Below, piece after piece: positions 14,501 to 30,406 of a stretch of DNA of 64,000 nucleotides. Location: the NCBI GenBank assembly GCA_028534125.1, contig CM052818.1, positions 13,642,001 to 13,706,000 of the forward strand, given 5' to 3'. The position numbers were made by a program, and so were the translations under genes. The notes beneath the pieces are model-generated. The model saw only the letters and a list, made by a program, of their open reading frames with translations. It was not told where the DNA came from and made no database searches. The number at the start of each line of letters is the position of its first letter. Position 1 is the stretch's first letter. The DNA is from Lama glama (lineage: Eukaryota).

Positions 14501-15689
14501 GTGAAATAAATGGGAAAGTCTTAGAACTGGGTGCCTGGGACTAGTGATAGAATGAGAGCTTGGTGCAGGAGATTCTAATTTGAGAATCATTAAATGCTAC
14601 TTTTAGCTGCAAGATATCTCCTTTGAGAGAGTAGCTATAAATTGAGAAAAGAACAGAGTTTAAGATTGAGTCCACATTTATTCATTCAGCCAGCAATACT
14701 TGGTTGAGTGCTGCTTGTGGATTGGTCACTGTCATTAGTTTGGATTTTCAAAGTTCAGTTGAAAGCTTTTGAAGAGTTTTCAGCATAGAAATGACATAAT
14801 TCAATATAGTAACATCAGTTTGTAGACTTGAAGAGAGGCAATGACTGAGAGACTGGTTGAGAGATGCAGCATAGTCCAAGCTAGAGATAATGTTGAATTG
14901 GGTTAAGGTGATGGCAGTAGAAATGGATAGATTTGAGGTATATATTGAAGCTAGAATTGATGGGGCATGCTGCTGGACTAGTGTTTGGTAATCAGGAAGA
15001 AAGATCCAGTAAAGAGGAAGAATAAATAATGAGCAAGAGTAGAGAATCAGGAAAGTGTGTTGTCTGCAGACCAAGGGAGAACATAATTTTGGTAAAGAAA
15101 GAAGGGCCAATCAGTCAGCAAATGCTGTTTCATATCCTGCCAAGAGAAAGATTGAAAATATTCTAAGCTTTGTTCAGAGAAATGTCCACTGAGATGAAAG
15201 TAGAGATGAAAATGATCTGATCTTATTGTACCTATTTCTTAATTGGCAAAATCATCCAGTAAAATTGAGGATGTTGGGATTTAACATTTAACCTGAGAGC
15301 CATTGTGCAGAATGGACTAATGAATATGAGAGGAAAAGAGATCTATACAATTTTGAATGCTACATTAAATAACAGCATGAATTTGTAATAAGTAGAGTCC
15401 ACTCTGCACTTTGAACTATAAGTCTGGTGTACAAGTAGAGAACATGAATCATTAGGTTGGAAACATGGGAAAGAGTGACTGGTAGAGATGTGTTCTGAGT
15501 AGTGGTCTAGAATGGAGCCAAGGAGGGATCTTTGGGAATCAGATGGAGAGAGGTGTTTCTTATTTAGGATCCTTCTTATTTCTTACAATGCCAAAGAGGA
15601 GACGCTTGGGAAGCAAGTTGTTAAGAACATTGCTGTCCTTTAGAATTTGTTCACATTTCTTATGGGGCATACTAACAGGAACATGGGCT

Positions 15690-15875
15690 TAGTGTTGGAT
15701 TGGGTATGCTTAAGTTTTTAAATTCCATTATTTCTAGCTATGTGATTTTGAGCAGATTTTCTCTGAACCTCATTTTTTAAATGGAGATACTATCTACCTC
15801 ATAATAGTAGTGAATTAATGTATGAAAAATGCTTGAGCACAGTACCTGATACATAAGCTCAATAAGATAACTGTA
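15690..15875 (+). mobile_element. MIR SINE
   Basis: CTAGCTATGTGATTTTGAGCA...CTCTGAACCTCATTTT...AAATGGAGATAC...GCACAGTACCTGATACATA resembles the MIR core. Confidence 0.65.
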
Positions 15876-18800
15876 TTCATAGTAATCTTATAATGATCCT
15901 TATGTGGGCAATATTTTCCTCTTTTCCATTGTGGAAAGAAAGAGGTTAAATACTTTGCTGAAAGTAAGTGAAATAGTGGACAGTGAAACTTTCATTGGTG
16001 CTCCCAGTTTCTAATTCAAATATATCACAGACTTTGGTATACTGCTGTTGGTAAGTAGTATCACCATGTTTGTCTTGAACTGTATGTTATGTACCACACT
16101 GTATTTTAAAAATCTACCTCAGAAAAAGTTTAGGTCATCTGCTATTAGGAACTACTAGAGAGATGCTGCATTATTTGTCTGGTTAATCTTACTCATTTTC
16201 AGACTTTTAAACTGGTTTTTGAACCTGCACATTGAATTCTATAAATCTGATATTTCTATTTCCTTTTTTAAAAAATAAGTATTCCTTTTGAAAAACTTCA
16301 GCTATTTCTGTATTAAATTTTGTCAGAGTCATTAGGCATTAAGTCATAGGCTTAGTCTAGCAAGCTGTAAGATCTCAAATACTTCATGATTAGATTTTAT
16401 TCATGTTAATGAAGTGGATCAGTACCAAGGAGGAAAAATGAAACACATAATCGGCTTGTTAGATCCTTTAAAATGTGTCACAGATTCCTTTGTGAATGTA
16501 TTAAAATTAGAGACTTCTTCCCCAAGGAAGATATTATGCACCAAGTTTTAGATAAAAATTTTAAGATGTGTTTAGACCCTGGATTAAGAACCTCTGACCT
16601 AAATGTTATTCTACTGAAGACTTTTTAATATATGAGATTGAAGATAATCATTTCTCATACAAAACTACATTGTGCAAACCTGATTCAGCTAAATTGTCAA
16701 GTTTCTCCAGTTCATGTCTTACTTCCATTCTAGGCTTGTACATAATCACCTTTTCTTTTTTTTTTTTTTAAAGGACCAGACCAAATATAACTGATTTTTT
16801 CTATTCTCCCCGCAAGTTCATTTTAAATCTGATTTCCATAGGGACGTAGTGGTGATTAAGTGTTTTAGTTAGTAGAGGAGAACTCTAAGCTTCCCTTGGT
16901 TTAAACAGAGACATTAACAACACCCCAGAGATGTATGTGCCACACACAAATGAGGAAAAAATATAATACCACAAAGCACAGTGGTTGAAAACAGACTTTA
17001 CCATGAAAAATTGAGCTTGACTGTATCTAAGCTTTTTGGGTATGTAGGAAATCCTGCCATTTGAGGCTTCTCATTCTGTTTTAAATATTCTTGTGCAAGC
17101 TCTATATTCTGTCACCTAGGAACTTTACTCTGACCCTTGGAATAAGCAGTTCTAAGGAGTTCATATGGGTATTTTTTTTTTTTTACTGAGACAGGGTGTG
17201 GGGAGGGGGAGAAGGAAGGATGGGATTTGTCATTTGGGGTAGGTACATAGAGGTGGAAGGTGCCTACTCTGATGGCACTTCCCTATCCTTGGTTACCCAA
17301 TTAGAGATAACACTTATCAAATTTGACTTGTCCAAAGAATTAGCTGGAACCCTAGTTAAAATAAGGATTCTTGGGTTTCATTCCAGACCTGTACCCAGGG
17401 GAGAGACATGGGGATCTATATTTTTAACTACCTCCCAAGGTCAGTCCTCTCTGCATTAAAAAGGGGTTCTGAATATAAATCCTGTTTAGTTTTAGTTTTA
17501 GTGCCTACTTCTGTTGCTTTCCCTCAGAAGGTAGATTGGAACGAAAATGGAAAGGGCTTTGGATGCCTGGATAAAGAGCTTTAGATTTCATTCATTAAAA
17601 AAGGTTGAAAATAATAACATAAGCACAAGTTTACAAGATAATCGTCAAACTGACATTTCCACTCCTAGTGTAATCTGTCTGTTGGCCAAGTGACAAAGCA
17701 GAAATAGTGATAAAATACATCTTACAAGAAGTTGCCCTTCCCAAAAAATTCAGAATTGTTAAAAAGATGACATTAAATACAGATTTGTATCTACTGTCAT
17801 TTATGGGTTGTACTGTGCCCTAAGTGTATGTTGGATCTTAAAATTCTATTAATAGTATAGAGTCATTACAGTTCAAACATGTCAAAATATTGCTTATTTA
17901 ATTCTTTATATAAGCCTTTTTATTTGTGTGGTTTATAAAGTATGGCTATACTAATACTACTGTAAAAAAAAAATCTTGGAGATCTCTGTTCATGAAGCTG
18001 TTTTGAGGGCAGCTCTAAGAAGACAACTCAAACTGAGGAAAGAACACAGAACCAAGTGCCCTAGTGCTTTAACCAGAATAGCTTTGTTTTTACCTTTTTT
18101 TTTTTTTTAGCATGTTGATTCTTAGTAAAATTTTGTGTGTAAAAAGAGTTCTGCTAGTTTTTCAAAAAGGTTTCAAAACCTCTTCTGTAGTTGGTGGGAG
18201 CCATTGAAGGTTTTTAAATGGAAGAGTAATTTAGACTAGTTGGTGGCAAATCCCCCTTCCAAGAAGCATGGCCAGCCAGAAGCTAGAACACAGATTTTCA
18301 GTGTTCTTACCTGATTACACAGCAAATAGATATTAATCTGAGGCCTGGATTAAATAAAGGATATTTTTCACTTACTGGTTAGAGCTACTAAAGTTTTGAA
18401 ATGTCTTCCTTTTGAAGACTTTGTCTTTATTAATCTGGGGCTCACTGTTAGTTTTATATTTTTTAATATAAGGTCATAATATTTGTAAGTACTAGTCAGC
18501 TGAACCTTATATTAAATATAAGGTTTTATAGATTATATTTTTGGTAATTAGGATATAAACTCAAATGTGCATTTTTTAAAAATCAAAGTTTTAGCCATGT
18601 TAAACTTTCATTATTATATATCCTTGAAAAGTAGTCCATTTCATTTGAGTGTTGTATAGTGATCTTAGTGTTTAAACGTGTGTATTTTAAACTGAAACCA
18701 AACCTTAATTTTTAATAAGGGAATTGACAGCTTCCCCCTAAAAGCATAACTAACCTTTTGGGAGGGATATAATGAAGGACATCCTAGACAAGTACTTACC

Positions 18801-19358
18801 TGAACCTGGGGTTCTTAATATTTCTGCCATCTTACTGGTAACATAGATAGAGCAAGTATTTTCATGTCATTTTTGCATTCTTAATATCCTGAAGGCTTTC
18901 CCAGATTTAAAAAAGAAAAAAGCAAAAATAGAAAGGGGTAAACCTTAATATTTTCAGCTGTTAGTTAGCCTACTTATAACCAGTTGACAACCAGCTTAAA
19001 AAAATAAACTGATAGGTGATAGGTAGGTAGTGAGTGGAACAGCTGACTCTGGAAACAATAGGAAGTAGATGATTAGAATGTCTACATGCTATTTTGGCCA
19101 AAAATCCCAGACTTCCAATTAAACATTATCTTGGTAACATAAGCTAGAGCCTGCTAACATATTTTAATTTTTTTTTTGTTGCAGAAAATTAGTGTCATTT
19201 TTAGTACCAAAGCTATGATTTCATTGCCAGTATATTAACTAAAGTTTCAAAGGATAACAAAATACAGCTATGTGATATCATCTGAGTATATCTTAATTGC
19301 GCTTATCAGAGGGCATTGTTATGCTGTTTCCTGTCCTACTGATTTTTATTTATACTTT

Positions 19359-19483
19359 TTTAAGCCCTCCTCCCCTTTATTTATTTATTTTTTAAAAAAA
19401 TTTTAATGGAGGTACTAAGGATTGAACACAGAACCTTGTGCATTCTAAGCACACAGTCTGCCATTGAGCTATTGCCCTCCCCC
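19359..19483 (-). mobile_element. tRNA-derived SINE (camelid Vic-1-like) with 14-bp TSD
   Basis: Minus strand GGGGGAGGGCAATAGCTCAATGG...GTTCAATCCTTAGTACCTCC; direct repeat TTTATTTATACTTT at 19345-19358 and 19484-19497. Confidence 0.8.
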
Positions 19484-19516
19484 TTTATTTATACTTTGTA
19501 GTTATTTCTTGTCTAG

Positions 19517-19660
<144 letters not shown>

Positions 19661-21621
19661 TAAAAATATTTAACTTAAGTTTGTATGCATTCTTGATTTT
19701 TTTTCATTTTACCTAAAAGATGTGTAATTAAAATGTGGAGAGATAGTATCTTCATGTGAGAGTTTGATAACCTAACCTGGAAATGTCCTTTATGTTCTAC
19801 ATCAAAATTTTTTACTTAAAATTTTTTTAGTTATAATTTTGTCATACCATTTTAGGTTTTGACAGCATGTATTCATAATTAATGCCCTGCAAAATATCAA
19901 GATCTTTTAAAAACCAAAAGAAGATTAAATAATTATATGCTAAGGCTTTTAGATTTTTCTTTAATATTTGGTCACCTGTTTGCTTAATGTTTATGAATAT
20001 AACTATGTGGCAGACACTAAATCAAAAGTGCTCATGACTTCAACTTATAAGGAAGTTATAATATAGCAGGATAGGTGGTAACTCTTGGGGTAACGAATTT
20101 TTTTTAATGAATTTTTTATTTTAGAAGTTTTAGATTTATGGAAAATATAAGCAGAAAATACCGAGTTTATATACACACCTCTCACAGTTTCCCCTATTAT
20201 TAGCATCTTATACTAGTATGATACATTGGTCATAATTAATGAACTAATATTCCTACATTATTATGTATTATTATTTATGCATTATTATTAGCTAAATTTA
20301 TTCAGATTTCCTCTGCTTAAAACCAGTGTCCTTTTTCTGTTTCAGAATCCCATTCAGGGTACCACATCACATTTAGTACTTATGTTTCCTTGAGCAAATC
20401 AAGGCTGTGTCAGTTGGTAGCTGGAATTTTAAATTAATCACAACATTCATTTTTAATTACCAATTTCTATAGATGGAGATCACCATGTTTCAATGGTTGC
20501 TTAGTGTAATCTATTATAGTTGGGTTTTTTTTTACTATTGTCATTTTCACTTAAATCAGCTTTCCCTCTAGAAATTCTTATCACTAAAGGTTCTTGAGTT
20601 AGTTTTATGCATCTGACAACAGTCATTTTTTTCCCCTCTGTCCTCCCAGTAACAGTGCCACACAGACTAATAGAGTAGCCCACAAAAGTAGTATGAACCA
20701 TATCATTTCCAATAAAGCTTATTTGACATATGGCTCTAGATCACTAAATTTTTCTTAACTAGAAATAGATGATTTGTTTCTTTCCTACTTCCTATCTTCC
20801 TATGTATGTATCATGTATTGCTAGAGCATTATTAGTATAAATTATTATATAGAATAAGAATATAATAATATAATCCAGTTTATTTTATTAATATTTCACC
20901 TTTGTGTTTTGTCCTTTTTTAAACCTGTGGGTAGTGATGTCAAGAAGATTCTCTTTTTTTCTCATGTGCTCTCCAAGGATTGAGATTGAATTTTGTGTTT
21001 GCAAAGACTCTGTAAAGTGAGATGTAAGATCTAAAAAAATGACCTCTATTTCAGACTTATACATATGCAGTCCATAAATATTTGCTGTTCTGTTCTTTAT
21101 TCAATAAACTTGAATCATGCATTCATCCATGAAATAGGGGGAAAATGGTCTATGGTAACAATGAAAACATACTGAAATATGCAATACTTTCAAAATAAAA
21201 GATATACCATAATATTTATAAGGCTGTTCAGACTATTAATAGTATTATATAAAAACTAATCTTTTTATGATAAATTTCTGAAGCATGTTTTGTTTTCTCC
21301 CTCCAATATCAGCATGGCAACTGGAACACGTTCCGTATGTACTCAGTGTATATTTGAAGAATGAATAAATAAAATAAAAGACAAACATCTTATTTAGAAC
21401 TAGGGTGTTGAATTATGTGTCTTCTAGAACATAAATTTATATGGTAGATAATATTTTCCAGTGATTAGCACATTCAGTTATACCTTGCCCCAATTTTCCC
21501 CTGCCCACAGCTCAGCACCTACTGTTTAATATATCTTCTTGGATATATATATATATTTTTTAAGACTTTGTGCATTTGTCCTAGAACTTTTTGCTGAAAT
21601 TTGTTTTTCCTCTTTCCACTC

Positions 21622-23070
21622 ATGCAGTTCAGGAAGTCCCCAAGACCACTCTCAGTTTCCCTAATTCACTAGAAAGACTCACAAAACTACACTAAGCTGT
21701 TATATTCATGTTTCCATTTTATTACAGCAAACTGACCATTGGGAAAAGGCGCATAAGGCAGAGTCTGGAAGAGTTTCATGCATCCATACCTAGTTTTTTC
21801 TATCAGGATAGTCATGTTGATATCACTTAGTTCTCCTAGCAGTGATGGGTGGCAACATGTACAGAGCATTGCTGACCAGGGACGCTTACACAAACCTTTG
21901 TGCCCAGCATTTTCACTGGGGGTTAGTCATAAAAGCAGGCTGACTGCCCATGTGGTTGATGCTAGTTTCCAACAATCCCAGAGGTTGAGCTGATATTGTG
22001 TGGCCCAAGACATCCACCATAAACCGTAGAGTTATCCACATGTGTATGTGGCATAGCCTAAGACCCCCCAGATAAAAACACTTTTCCCAGACAGGATATT
22101 CAAAGTGCTTAGAGGTTACCTCTTAGGAGCTAGGCAAGGTCCAAACCTTTCTTGGGGCAATAATAATCCTTTACTGAAAAGGCCAGCCCTTACAGCAAAA
22201 TGATCATATTTGTCTAAGCATCTGAATTTAGTGTAGCATTTATATGATATATAATAGTATCAATATGAATACATCTAACATTTGGAGGAGCCAGTCTGGA
22301 CTAGAGGTAGATTTAAAGAAACAGTCTGTCCTATAAAGCCATGATTTACTTTTTATATTTTTGCACTGTTTTCATTACCCATTTCTCTCCTTGATCTACT
22401 ATAATTTGTACCTTTTGGTGAACTTGTGTGGAACTCTTTAGTATAGAAGTTAGCTGATGGTGTTCTAACAGAGTCCACTTCTTCCTCATGCTGGTCATTT
22501 TCTATCATTATTACATGCTGAGGAGGCTTTAATTCAGTCTCCTAATACATTTGATCATCAGTATCGGTTATCAGCATAAGAAGGCTTATGTACATAAGGT
22601 AACTGGATTAATAGTGGCAGCGTTATACCATATCGTGGTATGGTAGTGGAGGTAACCTAAAAAGTAAGAGTCAATCGATACTGGCGTGTTACTAGAATCC
22701 CACTCAGTCATTAGCAGTTTGTCCAGTTCATGTTGTATGACAAAATGTCCCCCGGGGTGGTGTCAGTTATCAGGTTGATTTACAGGCTTCCATTCAACCT
22801 TGTTGAGTCTCCAGAGCAGTGGTGGACTTGGCAAACATGGCTTTGGTATAATTGAACTAAGAGAATATCATCTCTTGCTCTGAGCCTTTCATAAGACACC
22901 ATGTTAATACTGGATTTCCCTCATTACATTAACAATTTATTTCTTTGGCCTCTGTTACCATTTCTCCTCTCCATTTGTCATTGATTTTTACCCAAACTTT
23001 TCCACCTTTGAAAGGGACATTAGATTTGGCCACTCTGCTGGTCTACCAGGTTAATTTTTTACTGCCCAAT
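21622..23070 (-). mobile_element. MER21-like LTR (about 21622-22180) with adjacent internal ERV sequence
   Basis: GTCCCCAAGACCACTCTCAG...CACTAGAAAGACTCACA...AAGCTGTTATATTCATG...GGGAAAAGGCGCATA matches the recalled MER21 consensus. Orientation and internal extent are less certain. Confidence 0.65.
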
Positions 23071-23194
23071 CAGTACTATACTAGAATAGACTTTATTTAT
23101 TAGAGCAGTTTCAGGCTCATAGCAAAAGCATATATTTTTCCAAAAGTGAATTTCAAAAGTATTTTGAGGAAATCTTACTTTCTTTTGTGTATAT

Positions 23195-23332
23195 ATATTT
23201 TTTATTGAAGTCTAATCTGTTTACAGTGTTGTATCAATTTCTAGTGTACGGCATAATGTTTCAGTCATACATGAACATACATATACTTGTTTTTATATTC
23301 TTTTTTACCATGTTACTACAAGATACTGAATA
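23195..23332 (-). mobile_element. Short L1 3'-end fragment (cetartiodactyl type)
   Basis: TTTTATTGAAGT...TTTACAGTGTTGTATCAATTTCTAGTGTACGGCATAATGTTTCAGTCATACAT...TACAAGATACTGAATA. Confidence 0.7.
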
Positions 23333-23825
23333 CTCTTGAATGTATGAGGAGTTGGGCTTTAACTTGGTTTGAATTTAGTAGTGTCCTTGTTAAGCCAGTA
23401 TGATGGTGCAGTTAAGTCATACATATAATGATTTTGGGGACGAACAGAAGTTACTTGCTGCAAAATTCAGAATTACTAGGTATATTGAAGTTATTAAACA
23501 GCTACATGTGGTTATTACATAATTTAACATCAAACCTACTTAACATTAGCTGAAATATTCAGATTATTAGGGATCACAGTTAACCTCAAGTTATAAATTG
23601 GGAAATTTAGGGGTGAAATCATTTGCAATCAGTAAGACTCAAATAATTGACTCTAAACTAGGTGTATTTTCCCCCTCTGGACTTCACTTTTGATTAGCAA
23701 CTACAGTACTAGTATTGATTCCTTGAAAGATATTTTTACTTAAATTCAATGGTCAGTGATTTGATTTCCAAAATTTTGAATTCTTTTGTATTTTAAGATA
23801 ACCAGCTGTACTTGGGTATTTTTAG

Positions 23826-24509
<684 letters not shown>

Positions 24510-25241
24510 TAAAGCTGGTGTTCATTCCTTCTTTTTGAAAGATTTCTTTTGTTTACTTTTAACATACTATCAACCATAGAAAATAGGGCTTTATCTCATG
24601 GTTTTCTGCAGAAGAATCATTTCTTAATGTTAGCTTTTATATTTTTAAATGTCTTATGCAGCTGGGTTTTTTTTTAACTTTTCCTTTTTTTTGCATTTAA
24701 AAAATTGTGGTAGAATATACATGACATAAAATTCACCATTTTAACAATTTTTAAGAGTGCAATTCATAGCATAAGTACACTCACACTGTTAATGCAGCCA
24801 TCACCACTATCCATTTCCAGAACTTTTTCATCATCCCGAACGGAATTAGCTATTTTTGAAAGTATCTTTTATTACATTTTCTGAGACCTAGGAATTATTG
24901 GGGGTATGTGTGAGTGTGTGTGCTTGAAGCTCCCACATATTTCAGATGTGCAGCCAGGATTGAGAAACACTCATTCATTTTCAGGAAATGATAATTAATC
25001 AGATTATTTACTATTTGAAGTTGATTTTATTCTACCTCCTTGAGTTGTAAAAATGGGAGTTTTATACCGTGTTTATCATGTTAATCCTATATACCCTACC
25101 AGTGTAATGAGCATGATTTTGAAGATTTTACTTTACTTTTGATAGTATACTATGCTTATAGGTTCCCACGTAGTTGCCTTTGTTATTTCCATGTCAATCA
25201 CTAAGTTCACTGGGCAGCTACTATATAGTATTTAGTGTAGT

Positions 25242-25660
25242 TAGTGGTTCTCAAGTCTGATCTGTGGACCTCTAGGAGTTCCTGAAGCCATTTCAGAGAA
25301 GTCTGTGAGATTTTTCCCTCTTCCAACTTCATGTCACTGTGAATCTGCATTAGTCTTCATATACTTCAACCAAAACGACATATTGCAACAGACTGAATGC
25401 TGAAGAAGACATGAAGATCTAGATGTCTTCTGTTAAGCTAAACATTAAAGAGATTTGCAAAAATGTAAAACAAAGACAACTGTCTTTCTAAATTTTTTAA
25501 AGTTGGGGTCATATAGTTGCTTATAAAAAATTTTACACAAACATGTAATAGTTTATGTTTTAATGAATTAATGTTTTTGAATGTCTCAGTTTTAATATGA
25601 TAAACATTGATAAACATAACCCCCTTAATAAAAACCTTCTGGGGTCCTCAAATAAGTGTG
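25242..25660 (+). mobile_element. hAT Charlie1-family DNA transposon fragment
   Basis: AGTGGTTCTCAA start; GTCTTCTGTTAAGCTAAACATTAAAGAGATTTGCAAAAATGTAAAACAA motif. Confidence 0.65.
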
Positions 25661-28600
25661 AGGCAAGTTGGACTTACATATTAGATTCCACTTAAAATAT
25701 ATGGCACCCGCTTTTTAAATCTATACTATATAATTCAGGGTGCCATTTCACTTGCTTACAGAAACACAGCTGTAGTCTCAGGGGATTGGAAATAGACCTA
25801 TAGTCAACATAGTTGATATGGAGGACCCAGTGACAGAAGCTCAAGTGTAGCTTTTAAATGACCACTTCAGAAGGGTTGCCAAATCCATAATAGTAAATCA
25901 TAAGTACTTTTTCATGCTTTAAAAAATAAATTTTGCAAACTAATCTATAAATATAACATTTTGTATGTCATTTTATATATTTTATCATAGGTTTATTTAT
26001 GTAGGCTATACTTACATAAAACAACTCTTACTCATTTCTAGCCCATGAGATGCATTTTATAAAATAGTCTGATACTATAAACTACCTGTTGTTTATCTAG
26101 GGTTTACCACTTAGTTATCTCTTATGTGTCAGCAGTGATGCTGAATTCTCTTTTCAACAGTATGTGAGAAGAAAGCGAGATTATGGCCATTGGCCTTTGA
26201 AGGCTCATTTCCTAAAGCCTATCTCTGAGATATCCAGGTAGACATTAGATGTGTGTTCACCAGTTCCTAGTATGTACTCTAATACATGTTTAGATTCTCT
26301 TAAGCATGATACGGGCATAAGATTTTAGTTAACCTGAATTTTCTGCCTAATTACAGATCAAAATCCCTTGTGCCCAGAATTGAGAAATATACTTAAAAGT
26401 GTTTTATAAGTTAAATTCCCAAAAGCTAATAAAGTGAGGTTATTTCCAGACAGCTACAGATTACAATCCTTTTGGAACAAGAAGTTTTAACTTCTCCCTA
26501 CACTAGAAATGATTAAGGACAAGTATCTCAAATGTTGATGTGAAATTTAAAATTGGACTAGGCAATCTCTAGGTAATCTCTTAAAGCCTACTCTAATTCT
26601 GAATTCCAGTGTCTGCATAATTCTAAAAATGGTGAATGGGTCCTGGGTTTTGGATTTTGGTTGTATATATGTGCCTATTTTTATATTATTGTGAAGAAAA
26701 AAGGTTGATTTCAGACTTTTTAGAAGCAGCTCCTCTTTTCCCCGTGAGGGTTTGTTATTCAAAATAGCAGACACACAATTTGACTTAAAATAATTATGTT
26801 TTATTAAAAGCTGTTAAATGGAAAAGAAAAACTAAAGTGATCTAAAGAGACTAGTTTAATTACTTGGAAAACCAGGGATTTAGGGGGAAATTTTCCACCT
26901 GTATTTATGATAGGCTTTAAGCTGTCAGACAATTGCTTTCTTAATATGTACACTGGAACAGAATGTGTCAAATGTTATCAAAAATAATGTTAGAAATCAA
27001 AAAAAAAAATACTAGGAATCAGAAAGCATTCTCCAGGCAGACTGTAATACTTGAAATTGCCTCTGTAATACTTTATGCTGTTCTAGCTGTCAGTACATAA
27101 ATAATGAATCACGTAAGAAGCAGTTAAATGGGAAATTGCATTTATCAAAGAATTGGAACTATTTTCCCATGAAAATATTCTGGAAAAGTTAAAAATCTGT
27201 AGACATCTCTCTGGGAGAGATGCAGGATGATAAAAATTTATAAACGCTTTAAGTGGAGGTAAACATTCACCAAAACCTAAAATACTGGATGAAAAGTATT
27301 TGGAAAAGGTGATTTGAGGAATAAGTAAAAGATTATATATGCAGTTGAACTCTCTCAGAAGATGCATAGTTCAGGCCTCCATATATAAGGTCCAGAAGGA
27401 ATCAGTGAAATAAATGACTAAAAGAAACACCATTCTGAGTCAAACAATGGAGAGGGTTTTATGCTAATGCTGTGTCTTTGAATGGCACCAAAAGATATTT
27501 AGTGGGAGAGAATACTATATTCTCCACAATCATACCTAGTGCTTTTCATTCTTTTCTTTCGGATATACCTCTACTTTATTTCAGAAAGGCTTTATGGGAT
27601 TGATACCACTTCATGGATGATTCACAGTAAGGAAAAGAGCAGGTATTTGAGCTATAGCCTTTTATATGTCATGGTTTGAATTATCAACCATGCAGGCATC
27701 ACTATTACAGATATTTTTAGAACATGCTACTTTAATTAATTAAAATTAATTCATATTTTATTTCATAAAAGTGAATTTTGAAGATTACCGAAACTAAAAA
27801 GCATAACTTTCTTGTAGCAGGTCTTGATAGAAGTCTCTAAAGTGAATTTCAAAATTCATGTCTGTTTTTCCTTTGTAATTCAATAGTCCACACTTACAGA
27901 AACTTGGAAAATACAGATTAACAAAAAAGAAAATCACTCATAATCCATCACCAAAAGATAAACACAATAAACATTTTAATGTTTATCCCTTTTAGACTTT
28001 AGACACATTTATATTAAAAATAAGATCATACAAAAAAAATCATACAATACATACTTTATTTTTCTGTTTGTTTTTAAACAGTGCTTAGACATATCTATCT
28101 TTTAATACCTTAAAGTTAAAGAGTATGAAAAGCAGTTACTGTAGTATTTTGTCATTTAGTTATATCCTTGAGGACCATACAAACATGTAAGATTCTACTC
28201 CAGTTGACCCTAGATTATTGTATTTCATGAGTTCTTGTGTTTTAAAAAGCTCTGTAATCTTATTACTGCCAGAATCCGTCTTCCTTACTGCCATTCCTGT
28301 GCCATATTTGTAATTCTCATTTTTTTAATCTGCTGCAGACTGACAATGGGATCTTCAAACTTGTTTGAGTTATGTTTAAATTAAGAGTAAATAAATAGAT
28401 TCTGAAAGGGAGCTAGAGAGGCTCTCAGTTAAGGTAAATAGAATTTTCATGCATGACCTCTAAGACATCTGTTTTTTGTTTTTCAAAGAGTTCTTTATAG
28501 TTGAGGTTTCTGGTTAAATGAGGTATTAATATTTGTATAACCAGTATTGAATGTGTAGTGAAGTTTTGGAAATTATCACATTGAGTATACCTGGAATTTT

Positions 28601-28724
28601 AGGTTCCGTATTGAAACTGCTATTAGGTTTTCAGCTACTTTTATTATAATTTATGAAATCATATAAATGAGTATAACTTTATATTTCTGTTAATATTTCA
28701 TAGTAATTACTTCTTTCCATGTAG

Positions 28725-28802
28725 GAAGATGAGAAGTTTTTGTCTGAAGTTTTTGCACAATTAACAGATGAGGCCACAGATGATGATAAACGACGAGAAT
28801 TG
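28725..28802 (+). CDS. PPP4R3B: PPP4R3B coding exon 5
   Basis: gtag|[26 protein letters not shown]|gtaagt. Confidence 0.96.
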
Positions 28803-28926
28803 GTAAGTTATTTATTCTTGAAATTTCAACCTTAAAGAGCACTTACTCTTTTGGCATATACAGCCTTTAATATTGAACTTGTTAATTTAAGGGAAAAATT
28901 TTTATAGTTAGTATGAAAGATGTATG

Positions 28927-29129
28927 TAGATGACCCTTGAGAAACATGAATTTGAACTGCATGAGTCCACTTATACTCAGACTTTTTTAAATAGTAAATA
29001 CTGTAGTACTACACAGTCCAAGGTCAGATGTGATAGGACAGATACAGGGTGCCTATAATAAGTTACATGCAGGTTTTTGACTTAGCACAGGGTGGGCACT
29101 CAACCCCTGTATTATTCAAGGGTCAGCTG
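28927..29129 (+). mobile_element. Tigger2-derived MITE (TcMar-Tigger)
   Basis: Terminal inverted repeats TAGATGACCCTTGA ... TCAAGGGTCAGCTG followed by TA; internal TTTGAACTGCATGAGTCCACTTATA. Confidence 0.75.
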
Positions 29130-29833
29130 TATTTAAATTATACCATTAAATGATTATTCTCTGAATTTCTAAAACTTGTTATTTTGTATATCTTAGAAAT
29201 TTTTAGAGATATTTTGATGTGGTTTTTCCCCCCAGTGAGGGAATTTGTACATTATAAATACAAAATCAGAACATGTGGTTTATGTTAGGCCAGAGCTACA
29301 GATGCACGTTTTCATGGTTTTAGAAACTCACATTATTGAGATGTTTTTCTTTTTAAACAAGAGGTAAAGAGAATCCTTGAATAAATGAATGGTAAATAAT
29401 TTGGCTCTTGGAAATGTTTTTATTCTTTCAAATGTGTTCATAATCATTTTTTTGATTCTGCTTCAGGGAAAGAGAATAGTGACTGCTGTTTACCAGCAGT
29501 TTGCCATTTTTTCAAACATTAGAATCAGGTACTTGGGTTTTAAGAAGTAATGAAGGAATGCTAAGTTAAAATCAACCAAGTAGTCTTTGGTGTAGTTATT
29601 TATTAATGGCCTACTCAGTTTTCTCATTTATAAAATTAGTCCTTTATACCAGGAAATCTCTAATGTTCTTTACAATTTTTAAAGATTGAATTTTGCTTTA
29701 TAAGGACTTACTAGGAACCCAGCCACCATTTATTGTCACATGATTTCTGTGTTCATTAATGTAGGTTTTGAGGAGCTAGGGTACCCTGAAAAAATCAGTG
29801 TTCTTGAGAAGAGAGAATTCTGTACTGTGGTAG

Positions 29834-30031
<198 letters not shown>

Positions 30032-30406
30032 TAGCTTCTTTTCATGTTTTTGAAATTGTGAATTTGTAATAGATTTATATTATGGATGGGAAATTATTCA
30101 TTGTAGTAATGCATATTGAATTTTATAATTTAGGTTATGATTCATTTGATAGTGAATTACTGCAAGAGTTGTTTGTCAGTCTTCAGATTTAGTAACTTAA
30201 ATTTGTAGTGTTAATAGGTAATTGCTTGCATATGATACAACTTCAAATAAATAAAAATCCCATGTTTTTACAAAACTATTCACTCTTCTATAATAATATT
30301 AAGTATGTTTCATAGAAACTAATAAAATAGCTTTCCTTTTTAGACCAGTGAGTGGAATGAGAACAGACTGGACCAAGGGGTCTCATGCTACAATGTGGGG
30401 TTGAAG